Counted from the stretch's first letter, positions 27,600-42,170 are shown. The stretch: DNA of 64,000 nucleotides from Selaginella moellendorffii (GCF_000143415.4 NW_003314264.1:31238-95237); one strand, 5' to 3'. Numbers and translations: made by a program. The notes: generated from the letters alone by a model not told the origin.

Positions 27600-28110
27600 T
27601 AATCCAAACGCATAGATGGCTTTACGAATTTTTTCATACTTGCTTTTGAGAAAACATTGATGGTTGAAAAATAAATATAGAAAACAGTTTCGCATCTCCT
27701 GAACCTTACAAATTCTAATTGCTCTTGATTGGATGATTCTGGCATGGGTCTTTTGCCAAGATTTAGGAACAAAGGCCTCGTATGCAGCATTTGCAGCTGC
27801 ATTGCCACCAATAAACAGCATAAGCTCAACCCCTTTGTCTGTCCAGTCGTTGGAATTTATGGACATAAACTGTTGAAAAAGGACATAAAATTGGGAAGAG
27901 AGATTATTTACATTTACCTTTGATACAGAAGCTCCCATGCTTCAATGAACAGCATAGCATTTGTCACAGATTATAACTCCATGTTTGTAGAGCTGGAGAA
28001 ACAACAGAAGATGCAGCAAGATGGAAATGAAAATGACTTACGCCCATTGGGGACCCTGCAACCTGCAACCTGCAACCCTGCACATAACTGGTTGTCTGGT
28101 TGCAAGATAA
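27600..28110 (-). pseudogene. ArfGAP zinc-finger gene fragment
   Basis: PDNQLCAG..PQWA, GVIICDKCYAVH*SMGASVSK, WTDKGVELM..GGNAAANAAYEAFVP, SKYE; GT-AG introns 27993-28041 (49 nt) and 27870-27917 (48 nt); premature stop. Confidence 0.8.
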
Positions 28111-30445
28111 ATGTCTGAAATTTAGTCGTGCTTCTCTCCATTTGCTAGGGTATCAAAGATCCACTCCTGAAAAACAAAGATCGGTGGACAGACCCTCTAG
28201 CAAAAAAAAGAAGAATAAAAGAAAAAGCATTGCATTGAAAACCATACCTTTAAACAAANNNNNNNNNNNNNNNNNNNNNNNNNNNNNNNNNNNNNNNNNN
28301 NNNNNNNNNNNNNNNNNNNNNNNNNNNNNNNNNNNNNNNNNNNNNNNNNNNNNNNNNNNNNNNNNNNNNNNNNNNNNNNNNNNNNNNNNNNNNNNNNNNN
28401 NNNNNNNNNNNNNNNNNNNNNNNNNNNNNNNNNNNNNNNNNNNNNNNNNNNNNNNNNNNNNNNNNNNNNNNNNNNNNNNNNNNNNNNNNNNNNNNNNNNN
28501 NNNNNNNNNNNNNNNNNNNNNNNNNNNNNNNNNNNNNNNNNNNNNNNNNNNNNNNNNNNNNNNNNNNNNNNNNNNNNNNNNNNNNNNNNNNNNNNNNNNN
28601 NNNNNNNNNNNNNNNNNNNNNNNNNNNNNNNNNNNNNNNNNNNNNNNNNNNNNNNNNNNNNNNNNNNNNNNNNNNNNNNNNNNNNNNNNNNNNNNNNNNN
28701 NNNNNNNNNNNNNNNNNNNNNNNNNNNNNNNNNNNNNNNNNNNNNNNNNNNNNNNNNNNNNNNNNNNNNNNNNNNNNNNNNNNNNNNNNNNNGATTTGTT
28801 CTTGTAGAGAGCGATGATGTTGATAAGTCTCTGGTGGAGCAAATTGAGAAGTACCAAGAGACAACGTTCATTCTTGGAGAGTCCTGAACAAACCTTCTGA
28901 AAGTATGCAAGCTTGTTTCCTGCAATGTGACAGACAGTTTTAGTACCTTTCATAAGAAGATTGAGGTTGAGAGTTTCAGACTACGTTCAGAAATATGCTC
29001 CATGCTCCATATTACTGTACTGTGCAGTGCATATCGAAATTCTCGAAATTGATGTTCAGGTGCTTCACCACCACACTACTGCAGAAATTTGATCACTCGT
29101 CCAAAATTCATTTCCTGCTCATTTTGAAATTATTATAGTGTTGAAAGCCATTGTGACATATGCCCCGTATAGCAAATTTGTGTTGATAAAACTCCATCAT
29201 TGTGACATTACAACGTTTAAGTGTATTGCCGTTATCTGTGTATTTTATATCATTTGACTAATCACACTCTAGAGGCTCTTCTACGTGCATACGCCTTCAC
29301 GCTGGTTGGCTCATCCTGAGTACACTTACAACACGACTCATCATTCTATTGGAATGTCCCATATGCAGCATTATATGGTTGAGCACTGGGAAAAAGAATT
29401 GGGTAGATAATAGGGTCACAACATGATGAAATGATTGATATTTCCTGCATTGATTCTTCCTTTGGATAGACTACTATACTATGGTCAAATGGTGGGTTCC
29501 CACTTGGATTTGTAAAAATGGCAGCAATTTCATTTGAACACAGTGCATTGTATCTTCAAGGATCTGTTGTGCTCTCTCCCTTGATGTTCATGACAATCTC
29601 TTGTGATGAAAGAGACATCTCATTCTCAAGTTCATGCAACATCTTGAATGCTTTTGTATTAAATGTATTAATTATTATGTATTATTTATTAATTAATAAT
29701 AAATAATAATTTATTACTATTATTATAATTATATAATATTTTAATAAAATAATATATATATTTTTATATAATTAAATTATATTTTTGTTTGAAGCATCAG
29801 AGAGCTTCAAGAAACTTAATCTCCAATGTGTATGACTGTAATACATTCCAAGCAAGGTTGTCAGTAATCTAGAGAAGAAGAAAAGAGAATACAGATGTTT
29901 GCCGGGGAGCTAAAAGTATCAAAATAGAAAACTCACCTCCTCAGTCACTGCCACTTGGCTCACTATTCTCAACACTGAGAACTTGCCAGTGGATAGATGG
30001 ACTCGCTGAGGTTAAGCCTGTGCAAGCCAACCAAGGTAGCTTGGCCCGTGACTCTAGAATGGGATCCAGCTTGTTGTCACTGAGCCATTGCACATGAAAA
30101 TGCATTCAGTTTGGCTACAAACAATATGTGAAAGCTTTTTAGCTCAAACTTAAGAGTGCCATACCATTGTTTGGCATGAAGAACTGGAAGAAATCAGCTT
30201 GACTGAGGAAGACAATGTTCAGTCTGCAGCGAACTTGACAAGATGGTGTGTAGTGAGCTGCTTCTGTTAGAGGTAGTGCTGAGCTTGGCATATAGCAGCA
30301 GAGATAGATTCAAGCAACCTCTTCAAGTGCATTATTGCAATCTCTCGACCAAGCTGAATAGCAAAGTAGAGGATCCGTTAGTAGCAAAGAGCAAGAAAGG
30401 AAGTCTGGATTACCATGTTCATGTAGGCTATGTTTAATATTAGAA

Positions 30446-33400
30446 TTTATAAATCTATAAGAGTAATAATAATCACAAAGCCTTTTATAAGAGAAATCAA
30501 GTTTACAAATAATTAATTTGCTTTTAATTTGCAATTATTTAAAAACAAATGAAAAAAAGATTAGCAGGGATTCCAGTAGAAATAAAATCAGGGATCCCAG
30601 CTCTGATGGGAAGTAGATATAAAAGTCTGTAAATGTAAATTAGTTTTCTGATATAAAAATATACTTTAATGATTCTGTAAATTAATATTTGTTCATTTTT
30701 TAGGTTCTAATAGTATTTCCTGAACTTGTGTTACTTAAGTGGTTAATAGATTTAACGTTTTTAGATTGTCATAGCTTACCCAGAGAAATTTTGATTGAAG
30801 CCAAGCAGGCATTGCAGCCTTGAAGCCTTGGAGGACTTGTACCTTCTATGGAGCACAATCGGTCTGTGGCATATTGCCAACAGAAAGGCTTCTTAGTGTA
30901 GAAAATATTTTTAACAGTTAGAGAAAAGCATGAATGACAACAGCGTAGCCATGTCCTGCCCCACTGAGGACATGACCGCATGGCAAGTGCTCGACCTCAA
31001 GCACGAATCTTGACATATCCATTCATGCTCTTGCCATTTGAAACAGGTCCTTTAGCCCAACATTCATGCTCCTAGCTGCATTCCTAGCTTTCTTACTGCT
31101 TAGATTCATGGTATCTAATGATACCATGCAGAGGTAGCCATGAGGTGCTGGTTTTTATCCTCTCAATGCTTCCAGAGTAGAGTTCCCTTGCAAAGCCCTA
31201 CTTTCACAACATTGTTTTCTTTGGGGAAGAAGTATGTGGTCATGGCAGCTCCCAGGATCAAAGAGTATCTCAGGGTTGAGTAATGGTAGAAAGTTCTAAG
31301 CAAGTTTTACTGCTCATTCAATCTGGAAGCCTGCTACTCATCGGGAGAAGGATTGGAAATCTAGGAGACACTATCTACTCCTAGAGAGGTCTCTGCTGGA
31401 ACCAGCAATGCTATAGGTTGGGTCCAGAAAAATGCTGTTATGTCATCCCTTGAGAGGAGCAGTGAGGACATATCCAAGTTATAGCCGCCAAAAATAGGGT
31501 GACAAAAGATGAGGCTTTGGAGATGATGTGACCCAGAAATGAACAATGAGTCAGCAAGGGCTGCTGTGTGATGAGTCACACCTCTGGAGTTACTCCAGTT
31601 CAATCCCAAAGTGGATCTTTGCGCCATATGATAGGCTTTTCTCTTGAATGAATCACCTAGAGAAAGTATTGGTCCTGCTATGTTATGAGTCTGGTCCTCA
31701 AAAAAAGGCCTCCAAGACTACCGAGCAGTTTCTCACCATGGAATCCAATGAAACTTTCAAAAGTGATGGGTAAGAGAAATCAGATAGAAAGTGTCATTGA
31801 CTCAGCTAAGTTCGTGATCAATGTCTACAACAGTATCATGAGTGTGCAAGATCTGATGAACCCTGCTCATGAAGCATGACGGAAGTGATCTTCAGATTTT
31901 CAATTTGAAGACAATTTTCAGACTCAAAGTAGGAGCAAGTAACTGATTTTCCATTCTCGCCCTGTTTCTTCTTGTTTGTACTGTTTTCTAGAAGATTATT
32001 TTGTCAAGTATGCCTTGTAAAAGCTTTGCTCAAGATGAAAAAGAAAACACTCTCTGGCACTGTCCAGCTTCCAGTGGAACTGTGGAAATGGATCAAGTTT
32101 CTCTACTTCCTCATCTTATTGTGTCCCACTTATTGAATTGTGAGTGATTAGAAAGCTCTTTAAATTTATGATAACGAATTAAATATACAAAATTTTAGGA
32201 GACCACTACTTCACTTTGGTTCTTTGGAATGATCCTGGTGAAAAACTTTGAGGCTTGCAAAAGTGAACACTCAGAAGCAATCAAAAGAATCAACATGGTT
32301 AAAACTGATTACATGGTCCTTGCATGTTTATGGTCTAAGAAGTCTACCCCTTGTCCCACTTGTCCATTTTGATTNNNNNNNNNNNNNNNNNNNNNNNNNN
32401 NNNNNNNNNNNNNNNNNNNNNNNNNNNNNNNNNNNNNNNNNNNNNNNNNNNNNNNNNNNNNNNNNNNNNNNNNNNNNNNNNNNNNTCATGCTTCATGAGC
32501 AGGGTTCATCAGATCTTGCACACTCATGATACTGTTGTAGACATTGATCACGAACTTAGCTGAGTCAATGACACTTTCTATCTGATTTCTCTTACCCATC
32601 ACTTTTGAAAGTTTCATTGGATTCCATGGTGAGAAACTGCTCGGTAGTCTTGGAGGCCTTTTTTTGAGGACCAGACTCATAACATAGCAGGACCAATACT
32701 TTCTCTAGGTGATTCATTCAAGAGAAAAGCCTATCATATGGCGCAAAGATCCACTTTGGGATTGAACTGGAGTAACTCCAGAGGTGTGACTCATCACACA
32801 GCAGCCCTTGCTGACTCATTGTTCATTTCTGGGTCACATCATCTCCAAAGCCTCATCTTTTGTCACCCTATTTTTGGCGGCTATAACTTGGATATGTCCT
32901 CACTGCTCCTCTCAAGGGATGACATAACAGCATTTTTCTGGACCCAACCTATAGCATTGCTGGTTCCAGCAGAGACCTCTCTAGGAGTAGATAGTGTCTC
33001 CTAGATTTCCAATCCTTCTCCCGATGAGTAGCAGGCTTCCAGATTGAATGAGCAGTAAAACTTGCTTAGAACTTTCTACCATTACTCAACCCTGAGATAC
33101 TCTTTGATCCTGGGAGCTGCCATGACCACATACTTCTTCCCCAAAGAAAACAATGTTGTGAAAGTAGGGCTTTGCAAGGGAACTCTACTCTGGAAGCATT
33201 GAGAGGATAAAAACCAGCACCTCATGGCTACCTCTGCATGGTATCATTAGATACCATGAATCTAAGCAGTAAGAAAGCTAGGAATGCAGCTAGGAGCATG
33301 AATGTTGGGCTAAAGGACCTGTTTCAAATGGCAAGAGCATGAATGGATATGTCAAGATTCGTGCTTGAGGTCGAGCACTTGCCATGCGGTCATGTCCTCA

Positions 33401-34059
33401 GTGGGGCAGGACATGGCTACGCTGTTGTCATTCATGCTTTTCTCTAACTGTTAAAAATATTTTCTACACTAAGAAGCCTTTCTGTTGGCAATATGGCACN
33501 NNNNNNNNNNNNNNNNNNNNNNNNNNNNNNNNNNNNNNNNNNNNNNNNNNNNNNNNNNNNNNNNNNNNNNNNNNNNNNNNNNNNNNNNNNNNNNNNNNNN
33601 NNNNNNNNNNNNNNNNNNNNNNNNNNNNNNNNNNNNNNNNNNNNNNNNNNNNNNNNNNNNNNNNNNNNNNNNNNNNNNNNNNNNNNNNNNNNNNNNNNNN
33701 NNNNNNNNNNNNNNNNNNNNNNNNNNNNNNNNNNNNNNNNNNNNNNNNNNNNNNNNNNNNNNNNNNNNNNNNNNNNNNNNNNNNNNNNNNNNNNNNNNNN
33801 NNNNNNNNNNNNNNNNNNNNNNNNNNNNAATCATTAAAGTATATTTTGATATCAGAAAACTAATTTACATTTACAGACTTTTATATCTACTTCCCATCAG
33901 AGCTGGGATCCCTGATTTTATTTCTGCTGGAATCCCTGCTAATCTTTTTTTCATTTATTTTTATATAATTACAAATTAAAAGCAAATTAATTATTTGTAA
34001 ACTTGATTTCTCTTATAAAAGGCTTTGTGATTATTATTACTCTTATAGATTTTATAAAT
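30446..34059. repeat. Long inverted repeat (30446-31879 and 32486-34059), interrupted by N gaps 32375-32485 and 33500-33828
   Basis: Identical ORFs on opposite strands in the ORF track (31685-31879 vs 32486-32680; 31361-31627 vs 32738-33004); the outer AT-rich parts differ by a few SNPs. Confidence 0.85.
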
Positions 34060-34173
34060 GCTCATGATAAATCTTAGAAGCATACAATACACACTAATTT
34101 ATTCTATGTTGCACTATTAGCTATAACTTTTCTATCTCAGTAAAGTGTTTTCAAAGGTTTATTTTTGTCTAGG

Positions 34174-34198
34174 CCAGCGGAGCTGGATTCCTTGCTAG
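34174..34198 (+). mobile_element. Helitron 3' terminus
   Basis: GC hairpin CCAGC-GGA-GCTGG, 8 nt spacer, CTAG followed by T. Confidence 0.6.
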
Positions 34199-34771
34199 TT
34201 AGACTCTATGTAACTCTATTTTGCATGTTAGTCTTTTCATTAGGTGTCTAGCAAGGCAAGAAATAACACCTTAGAATGCCACTCAATAATATTCCTCTAC
34301 TGTTATGTTTAGGACCTACTATGTTCTTGGAACAAATTGTTCTTGACTTCCCTCCATAAATATTTGTGACAAATGGAATATTTAGTTCACCCTATTGGTG
34401 ATGAATCATCTTTTTAGCAGCCCTAAAGTAAAAGAGGAAGTGGTTCAATAAAAGTTTAATCCCAAAGATTCAGCAACATAATTTAGTGACACATTTAGCA
34501 CAACTTGGAACTGCACATTTTTATAAATTTTGTAGCAAAAGCGGATCACGTGACAGGAAAGTCCAAGAACTCATGGAGAGTAAGTGATGAAGACTAAAGG
34601 AGCTAAGCTATGGACTTACTTGAAAAGAGAAACTTGCACGAGATTCCCAGGCCACCACATACTTGCAGGCTCCACCAGATACTTTCGCAAAAGACCAGCC
34701 CATCCAACTTAGCTTCGATCAAAACACTTTAGGGAAACATGGAAGAGAAAGCATAGAAAAACTTGTTTTCT

Positions 34772-35128
34772 TACCTGAGTGGTGATCACCAGTGTAGAAA
34801 TGGATCTTCTTCTTGTAGTTAGCGTTTTTTGATGTCGATGACGAAGACCACATAAGCACCTCCATTCCCAACCAGGGAGCCAGCACTGGCGAAGATGGTG
34901 ATGAAGACGTTCTTGATAAAGAGCCCTGGTGAAGGGGACGTGGTAAACCCTGGTGTGCAGCACTGCAGCCATGAAGAGGCCGATTGGCAACGCCACGATC
35001 TGGGCCGAGGTAAGCGTGATCACCAGCGGCTCCGTGTGGTAGGAGAAGAACTGGTTGAGGAAGGAGAGTATTGCACACGCAAAGAAGCCAATCGCCCACA
35101 TCCGGAACGTCCACACTGGCAAGGGAGG
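34772..35128 (-). pseudogene. Oligopeptide transporter (OPT family) exon fragment
   Basis: LPVWTFRMW..LSFLNQFFSY.TEPLVIT..Q..ALPIG.FMAAVL, then frameshifted NVFITIFASAG, ending ITTQ at a GTAAG donor. Confidence 0.85.
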
Positions 35129-35144
35129 TATTATTATTCTTGGT

Positions 35145-35394
35145 ATACTAACTCCTCTTGCTCTTCTCTTGCCTCTTCAATGTAGCCACTTCGTGCGAGG
35201 AGATCGATCATACTGCTAAAGTGTCGCTTGCTTACTTCCAGTCCATAGTCCCAATGGATGGAACAAAAGCATGAAATCCCAGCTTTCAGGTCTCCAGCAT
35301 GGTTGCAAGTCATAAGGATATAAATGAACGTTGGTGCGTTCATCTTCATCACAAACGAACCTTTGGCAGCCAGGAAGTCGAGAAGCTCACGCAT
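35145..35394 (-). pseudogene. PLS-class PPR fragment
   Basis: TFIYILMTCNHAG...DYGL....HFSSMIDLLARSGYIEEA matches PPR L2/S2-type motifs. Confidence 0.8.
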
Positions 35395-36781
35395 GTGGCT
35401 CTGGGAGAAATCTTCAAAGGCTGCCAGCTATGGTATGGCCCCACTGCGAGATCATCTTGCTCTAAAGCTGTGATGCAAGAACGGATTCCGGCGGCTTCTC
35501 AGTGAGACCTTTAGCCAAAGATGGACCCTTGGTCATGAGCTCCAACCCCAGTGCATCGATGGGAGGACATTTGCGCTGAAGGTAGCATTCTGGGACTGAG
35601 CAATGATCTGGTCGAGAATAGTGACAAGATCCTGAACTTTCGAGCCCAAAGAATTGAGGGATGTATTGACTCATAGCACGAGCAAGCAAGACACCTGTAG
35701 TTGGCAACAACTTGCCTTCGTCAACTTGGCCACCGCCTCCCCTCCATTCTCCATGAACAAGACTGCGGTTCCAACTCCAAGTCAAGATTGGCAACACCTT
35801 TGATGGACCTCAGCCTGAGCTTGGAGGGAGAAGCTGGAGCTGCACGCTGTAATTATTTATTTATATTATTATTATTATTATGCAAGCCTTCATACATTTT
35901 TGCCTCATTGCTCATGCTTTGTTTCTCTCTTTTCAAAGCCAAGTGATTTTCAAGGCATCTCAAGAATACAAAACTAAAGAAAGTACCTTTAGTTGACTGG
36001 CAGAAACTCAACTTTGACAACAAGGCACTGTAGGTAGGAAAAAGCAGAAGTGTTTTAGCGCTTTTGATTGACTTTCCTAGGTAGAGCTGAGATATGGAAG
36101 CTTAGATCTATCCTTTCTAACTGTCTTCTTGTATCACAAGCAGTTTATCATTGGCAAAGTTCTGCTACAATGGTAAACATGAAGAGTTGTTTCTCCTTGC
36201 AGCCAGTGTGCAAGATAATGAACATCATCCTTGACTGCATTGACCCTGAAAATGAACACTAACACAACTGGTAAAATCTTTTATCACTCACAGATAGATA
36301 GAGGAAAATCTTCATACCTTCTCCCAATTAAACTAGCCAGTAAATTTATGCCATCAAATTATATATTTGTCCAACATGAACGTAATACCACAGGTATGAA
36401 ATATAGAAACATAGATAAGCACAGACTAAATAACTAATTGAATCCAATCATACAACAATAAACTCATCAACACGTTTAGTCAATAGCTCTAAGTATGCCT
36501 TAAAGAGGCTAATTATACATGATCAATACTTAGTCAAAAATAAAGTGAAGACCATAAGATGGACTTATATTAGTACACAACCTTCTCATATATAAAGCTA
36601 TAATATGGGTACTAACATCTCAATCGCAAACAACTAAGTTGAACATCATCATACTCAACCAAGGCACAAGACTACCAAGACCAAGTTAGGGTCAGTGAGA
36701 GCTAACTACTCTTATAAAGTTTAACAAAATGCAAGAATAATGCTATAGGAGAAAAGCACAAGGATCACTTTTTTAGAAAAC

Positions 36782-39700
36782 TGTAATAACCACTTTTTGT
36801 CGCGAATGTGACTTTGGAGGGGGAAGGGGAGGGGCTATGAGGGGTTCCAAATGTATAGTAGGGATAGTGGGTAGGTCGGGAATGCTCAACAGAGTTTGGC
36901 ACTATTTCAGCATACTAATAGCCTAACACGAGAATATGGGTACTCTACCAACTAGTATGGTATAGAATTTGGGCTTAGACCCAAGCTGGACGCAGAATAA
37001 AGACAGGCATGCAAATGGGAGCTAAACTATGCCTCAGGTTAGTCAAATTTGGCTTTATTTTGTGTGTTGGTTTTGGCATTGGGATGCTAAATGCTCTAAG
37101 ATTGTTCCAAGTTGCTCCATACTCCTATCCCTTCACTCTTTAGGCTGTATGTTTAGGAGTTGCTCTGTGGTCCGATTCTATCACTCCTTGGCTCCATGCT
37201 TAGGAATTTGGTTCCATTCCTTCGTTCAATGGCCCAAGACTTTGAAACTTGGGTTCCTCACCATTGTCCTTTGGACACATGGCATGTGGCATGTGGCATG
37301 TGATATGTGGCACATGGAGGGTTTAAGTTTTGCTTTGTGGTCATCTTATAGTAAATCACTATAGGATAAAAGGTAAAAACCACGTGCATTACATTTAGTA
37401 TTAGAGGATGAGTCTTAGCGAGTCCTATTCAATGAGATTGGGCAACTAGTCTTGTTACATATGCAGAGATGAAAATGATAATTCGAATGGGTACACATTT
37501 GGGTGTAAAGGCTTCGTATTCGTTCCTTGTGTATAGATTTGGTTACCTTTTTGTACCATATTATATGAGCTTGCTTTTGGGCTCATAGAATGGACTAAGA
37601 TGTTCCGTTTGCATGAGTTTGTGCCTCGGCTTGTGAGTGAGGCATGTTATTAACTCAAGGTTACACTTTGAGTTGACAAGATGGATTTGAGGTGTACCAT
37701 TTTGCACGAGTTTGCCTTTGGGTTTATGAGTGAAGCACATTAGCAACTCAAGGTTACGCTTTGAGTTGGCAGGATTAATGTTAGCTTATCGGTGGTTCCA
37801 TGAGTTGTTCCATGTACCATGGGTAAAAGTAAACCTTCCCTAGGTTTGCTATGAGTGGCAAATAGGCTAGTCTGTAGCTATTTAGCACAGCACTAGTGGA
37901 TCCTTCCTAGGTATGATTATAAGTGAATCAATCAAGACTGTAGGGATTAGTCTATTGATTTAAATAGTCATTGCTGCACTCTCTCATAAAATTTTCTTGG
38001 ATTGGACTAAAAGAAATGCAAAAGCAAGCTTGAGGTTTGGTCAAAGATGAGTCTGAAAAAAGAGTTAACAGGGATTTTCTCTTCTTGTAGAAATGATTTG
38101 CAACAAAGTGTTAACTCATTGCTCGTATTCACAGTATGCAATCAAGAGTCCTTACCTTGATGCATGTTGGAAATGATAGTCTTATAAGTGGTGAGTTGTG
38201 GGATGAATAGCAGTAAAGCACTAAACCATTTTTCTAGGCTTGCTATTGGAAGACTTGAGTTACAATGCTCAATTCTTTTTTAGGGAGCTTTGCTATTGCT
38301 CCTTGAGTAGCATGGTGTTGGATTAGTTTTGAGAGTTTAGAAAGAGAGTAATATGAGCTTGTTTGTGGTGTTGTAATCTCTATTGGTGGAGTGTGGCATT
38401 TATGTTGCATTTTATCAAATTAAGTTGACACTTGATATTCACATAAACCTTTGAAGTAATGACATGGGCATTGCTCATGGGTTGTTCAAATGATGATTAA
38501 GTTATTATAATTTTATATCATATTCATATGATAATGAGCAATATGTTTGCAAAGTTGTTTGGTTAAACGATGATCAACCCCAAAGTGGTTGATAATGAAA
38601 CTAGTTTACTTGCATGTAGTAGCATTGTAATAGCTTTGACTAAGTTCTCAATAGTGATCGATGATATGCTAAACTTATGCTGGTAGCTTGTTTCCTTGAG
38701 ATTTGCCCATAAGATGTTGAAAGGGTTATAACATTCACTTGCTATAGCTTGATGGTTTATCCATTAGCATTTAAAGTAGATTGTTGGATGGAGAAGGTGT
38801 GTAGTTAAGGCATTGATATCACTAGCACTTGTGTTAGTGGAAATGGCATTGTTGTTTTAAGTGATGAGGAATTTTCCTTAAAACTTGATTTTCCATGTCA
38901 TTTTTCTTAGTGTTTTGGCTTCAAATTAGATTTTGAAGGTGGTTGAAGAAGAGTGTTAGTGCAATTTAGATATCCGAAGATATGGTCTTTGTGATTAAAT
39001 CTTAGATATTCATTTTGCATATTGCGAATGTCAATGTTGGATGTAAAAAATATAGGCATGATGTTCAATGCTTAAGCATATTATGGGTCTTGAAAATTTG
39101 TGTTGAGGTGAACCTATATGAAGTTGTTAGTAGGAAGAAGTTGGTTGAGTCTTGAAAGTTTGTATTTCTATACTAAGAGTTATTCTTTCTCTAGGATAGA
39201 AGATTTTTAAAATTTTTTTAGGCTTTTCCAATGGTTGATCTATTGATCATTTTGCCTAAAAACCATTTTCGTAAGCCAGTATAAACTAGTGAAAGTGTTG
39301 AAATTGACTTTGGTTAGCTTAAACCTTAGTAGGTAGTTTGTATGATGCGACGCAAAAAGGATGCTAACCTTTGGGGTTAAGGCAATTTAGAGTTTAGTGT
39401 TGGTGTAGAAAAGTGACTCTTGTATCTTTCTTCTAAAACGTTATGCTTGGTGGCAGGTTGCACTTTGCATTTTGTTAGACTTTATGAGAGTAGGGAGCTC
39501 TTATTGATTTTGATTTGGTCTTGGTGGCCCTATGCTTTGGCTGAGGATGGTGATGTCCAACTGAGTTGTTTGAAGTTGAGATGTTGATACCCGTACTATA
39601 GCTTTGTCTATAAGGAGGTTGTGTACCAATATGAGTCCATCTCATAGTTTTCACTTTAGTTTTGACTGAGTGTTGATTATGCATAGCTAGTCTCTTCAAA

Positions 39701-41900
39701 GCATGCTCAGAACTATTGGGTAGATGTGTTGGTGAGCTTATTATTGTACGATTGGATTCGAGTAGTCATTTAGTTTATGCTTGTTCATGTTTCTATATCT
39801 CATACTTGGGATATACATTCATGTTAGACAAATATATAACTCAATGACATGAGTTTAGTGTTTGGGTCTTGTGAAGGCAAGTTGAAGAGTGATTGTTTGT
39901 TAGTTTGCAACTAATGGTTGCTTGTAGACTTTGTTGAGGATTGTGACATTTACTTCACTTGATGATGATTTAGCAGTGATGGGCTTACTCTACCGGATGG
40001 TGTTACAGAGGATCGTGTTATAGGGATGGTGTTACAGAGGATCGTGTCGTGGCTTGCATGGTTTTTCCATGTTAGCATGTTGATTCCTTTGTCGATATCA
40101 TTTGGTTACATTTAGTCCATAGTGTTAGATTTCATTGAGTCTTGGACGTGGTAAATCACTTCTGATGATGTGTTATCTATAACTGAGTTTTGCTGAAGGA
40201 TTGATCTCAAATACTAACTAAGGTATCTTTGGCTTTGGCTAGCTTGGTTGCTAGAGAGCTTCAAGTGGTGATTCACTCTTGCTTTCTTCTAGATTTATTA
40301 TGGTGTTAATGGCATTAAAGTGATGCCTTGTCATTGACATTATTAATGTTAAGATTCGAGTGAAATGAGATGTCTTTTCATAGAATTGATATTGACTTTC
40401 ATTAGTCCCGATAAAGATAGTGTTGATGATTAAGCTATAGCTTTGTGTTATTAACAATTGTGCATTTGTTAGTTAGCAACTGTATTGACGTTCAAACAAA
40501 CTAAGTGGCAAGTTGAGTTAATTGTGTTTTAAATGAGATTACTTAGTAGAGGTTGAGCTTTAGCTTTTCCTTGAAAAGTAATTTAGTCATGGACTATACT
40601 AGATTTACGAGAGGAAGAGTTAGTGATCAATATCAGAATATTTGAATCTTTATTGGATTTAAATGGGGATATATTGATTATTGATGATTCTTGTACTTGT
40701 TATAAAGTAAGTTACAGCTTGTTATAGATAGATTCATGGAGGATCGTTTAGTAATCAATTATTAAGCATAGCTCCATTGTGTTTGGCTTTTGGATTAAAG
40801 TAAATATGCTCTTCATTAGCTTTACATTATGAAGTTTAGCTTATGGATGTGTTGAAGAGGATATTATGGGTTGCGCCATAATTTCTTGTTTAGTATTGAA
40901 GTCAGTTCATGTAAGACTTGTGATCATTGTGAAGTAAGACTTGGCTATAGACTTCTTCGAGCTTTTGGTCCCTTGAGTTTTCATGCTTGTGGTTCATTTG
41001 TTTGAAGTTGTTAGGGAAGGCATTTTGGCTTATTAATTTTGATATTAAAGTCAACTTTTGCATTTAGCAATCATTGGTGATGATTGACTATCATCTAGGA
41101 TAGTTGATTACCCTTATCAAAAATTTTATTTGATTATTGGTTATCTAGAATGATTTATCACTCTTTGGGATGGTAGATTTTTTTCTTCAACAATGATTAT
41201 GCATATCTTTATTGATGGGATGATTAATGATCTTTTATGATAGTTAGTTGTTCTTTTTTATAGCTTTTGGCTTTTTGCATTACCATATGTTCTTTGTGGT
41301 TTCTCTGGATTGGTTTCATGGGTTTCAGATATTGGTAAAATGTTATTGATACTTGCTTGAGCAACTTTGGTTCCTTGGTATTATTGACTGAGATCTATTT
41401 ATATTGACTAGTGCGATAGTTGGTATGAACAAATGATTGTTGGTCTTACCACATTCATTCTATTATGTTGATTTTTGCTCGAGTTAGCTTTAATAGATTA
41501 TGATGTTATTTCCTTTGGATGATACATTTGCAAGCATTTTTCTTGCCATATTAATAATACTTTGTGTTTTGTTAGTTGTTTTTTGTAAGTTGTTTAGCAC
41601 GCTATCTATAATCTTTAATAGTTAAGTTTTATCATTAAGTTTTTTTTATGATACACTTGCTATTGAATTTTGTTGGATAGTGAATCCTATATTTTCCAAT
41701 CATAGTAATCTTGGTGGTTCCTATACTATAATATTGGTTTATCAGATGATAACTTACTTGGAATACTTTTTTGTTCTAATCTAAGATTTTTTCACTAATA
41801 ATTAATTCTCTAAGATATCATTGTCTATGATTGTCTATGTCATTGTCTATATCATTGTCTATGATTGTCTATGTCTATATTATCCATCTCATGATCTTTG
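36782..41900 (+). mobile_element. Family D LTR element: LTR 36782-37393 plus a decayed AT-rich internal region
   Basis: TGTAATAAC...CATTACA, degenerate PBS TAGTATTAGAG; internal region matches 3346-4657, 15052-16460 and 19453-20120. Right boundary approximate. Confidence 0.7.
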
Positions 41901-42170
41901 AGTTTGGGCCCCAGACATGCATTTCAACCACTATCCCTATTATACATTTGGAACCCCCTATAGCCCCCTTCCCCCCTTTGAGGAAGACATGCTTTGGGAT
42001 TTCACCTCAAGCCTCCCTTAGTACTAAGAGTTAGTCTTTGAGACAAGTGTGAAAGTTACTAAATATGGAATTGCTCTAGATTGCAAATCCAAAAGCATGA
42101 ATAACACCATAGGGTTCATGACACTCTCTACATTCCATAGATATGCCTGTTGGGTTGATCTAGACACTTA

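Larger units (their letters stand above)
27078..29122. repeat. Inverted duplication (27078-27406 and 28793-29122) spanning the N gap 28259-28792
   Basis: Reverse-complement match with about 4 substitutions. Confidence 0.85.

Noticed and set aside
28100-33979. Long ORFs containing X runs
   Set aside because: Artefacts of N gaps
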